NCBI GenBank assembly: GCA_030704615.1
Contig: CM060734.1
Span: forward strand, 36,580,001 to 36,644,000
Length of the DNA stretch: 64,000 bases
Direction of reading: 5' to 3'
Source of the DNA: Takakia lepidozioides
Taxonomy: Eukaryota; Plantae; Bryophyta
A program made the position numbers and the translations under genes. A model generated the notes under the pieces. The model did not search any database. It saw nothing but the letters and a program-made list of their open reading frames with translations, and was not told the DNA's origin. Shown in pieces: positions 63,320 through 64,000 of the stretch; position 1 is the first letter of the stretch, and every line of letters starts with the position of its first letter.

Positions 63320-63435
63320 CTTTTTGCCTTGGTTGTCCCACCATTGACTGGGGTCAGAAAAGTATTCATTCCACAGCTTCTTCTTGTCCCTGTTACCTGT
63401 TTTTCGATACTTTCCTGTTGTCACATTGGCAGTAT
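63320..63435 (-). CDS. Probable upstream exon of the PPR gene encoding the first half of an OSB-type PDF motif
   Basis: Translates KKLWNEYFSDPSQWWDNQGKK, then donor AAG|GTGAAT. A 189-nt phase-0 GT-AG intron (63131-63319) joins it in frame to IHPRGPDFKHRITYDSLWINSDKKPAWVDGQL. The 5' boundary and start codon are unresolved (in-frame TAA just upstream). Confidence 0.7.
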
Positions 63436-63564
63436 CATGTTAAAGTCACTCCAAACTAGATTCACTCAACCAGCTAACTTGCAGAATTCAACATGAAAAT
63501 TCAGGGCCGGTTCTGATAAGAGGGAAAAACAGGGTGAATTGTGTTGAAGAAGGTGCCTTCATTA

Positions 63565-63995
63565 GCAGTGCCTGATTTTATCAATTGTGCCGCTGCTGCT
63601 GCGGCTTCCAGTTGACCATCTACCCATGCGTTTCTTGTAGGTATCCTTCCACAGAGAATCATAGGTAATCTGGAGCTTGAAATCCGGCCCTCTTGGATGA
63701 ATCTGGACCCACACTCTATCCCTGCTCCTTCAGCTATCCATGCCTCTGCAAAAATGATGCATACATCCTGGCCTTGCTGCTAGCAACTGACAATGGCAGC
63801 CTAGAATTCTTCCACTAACCATACTTATCACACTAGTTCCTATGCTGACTTCCGTCTGCTTCCAACAGGCATTCACCTTTTTGTCTCCATTGTCCCACCA
63901 TTGACTGGGGTCGGAAAAGTGTTCATTCGAAAGCTTCTGCTCATCTCTGTTATCTGTTTTTGGATACTTTCCTGCTGCCACATCGGCAGTAACTT
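63565..63995 (-). pseudogene. Second, tandem copy of the PDF exon-intron-exon module, frameshifted
   Basis: Direct repeat of ~62995-63435 at an offset of ~560-570 bp, with FSDPSQWWDNGDKK|intron|IHPRGPDFKLQITYDSLW. A 2-nt loss (aagaaac-gcatgg vs aagaaacctgcatgg) shifts the frame before AWVDGQL. Confidence 0.7.
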
Positions 63996-64000
63996 GTCAA

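Overview
Eukaryotic nuclear DNA from a seed-free land plant with flagellated sperm and organellar RNA editing, probably an early-diverging moss (inferred from IFT172, a PLS-DYW gene and an unedited mitochondrial cox1/group II intron insert). Positions 1-12 kb are decayed transposons: CACTA-type ends with palindromic arrays, two MULE/SWIM-type ORFs and a Ty3/Gypsy relic. Positions 13.3-52.8 kb hold a ~49-exon IFT172 gene on the minus strand. Its introns contain RTE-X-like LINEs nested in their own 3' UTRs, tails of a second LINE family, and a cox1/group II maturase NUMT. Positions 53-58 kb hold more relics, including a Replitron-type HUH transposase. Positions 59.6-64 kb hold a PLS-E-DYW PPR editing factor with seven near-identical 303-bp units that vary repeatedly at RNA-specificity residues, apparently fused through an intron to an OSB-type ssDNA-binding PDF motif. 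All exon and element boundaries were read by eye and are approximate.
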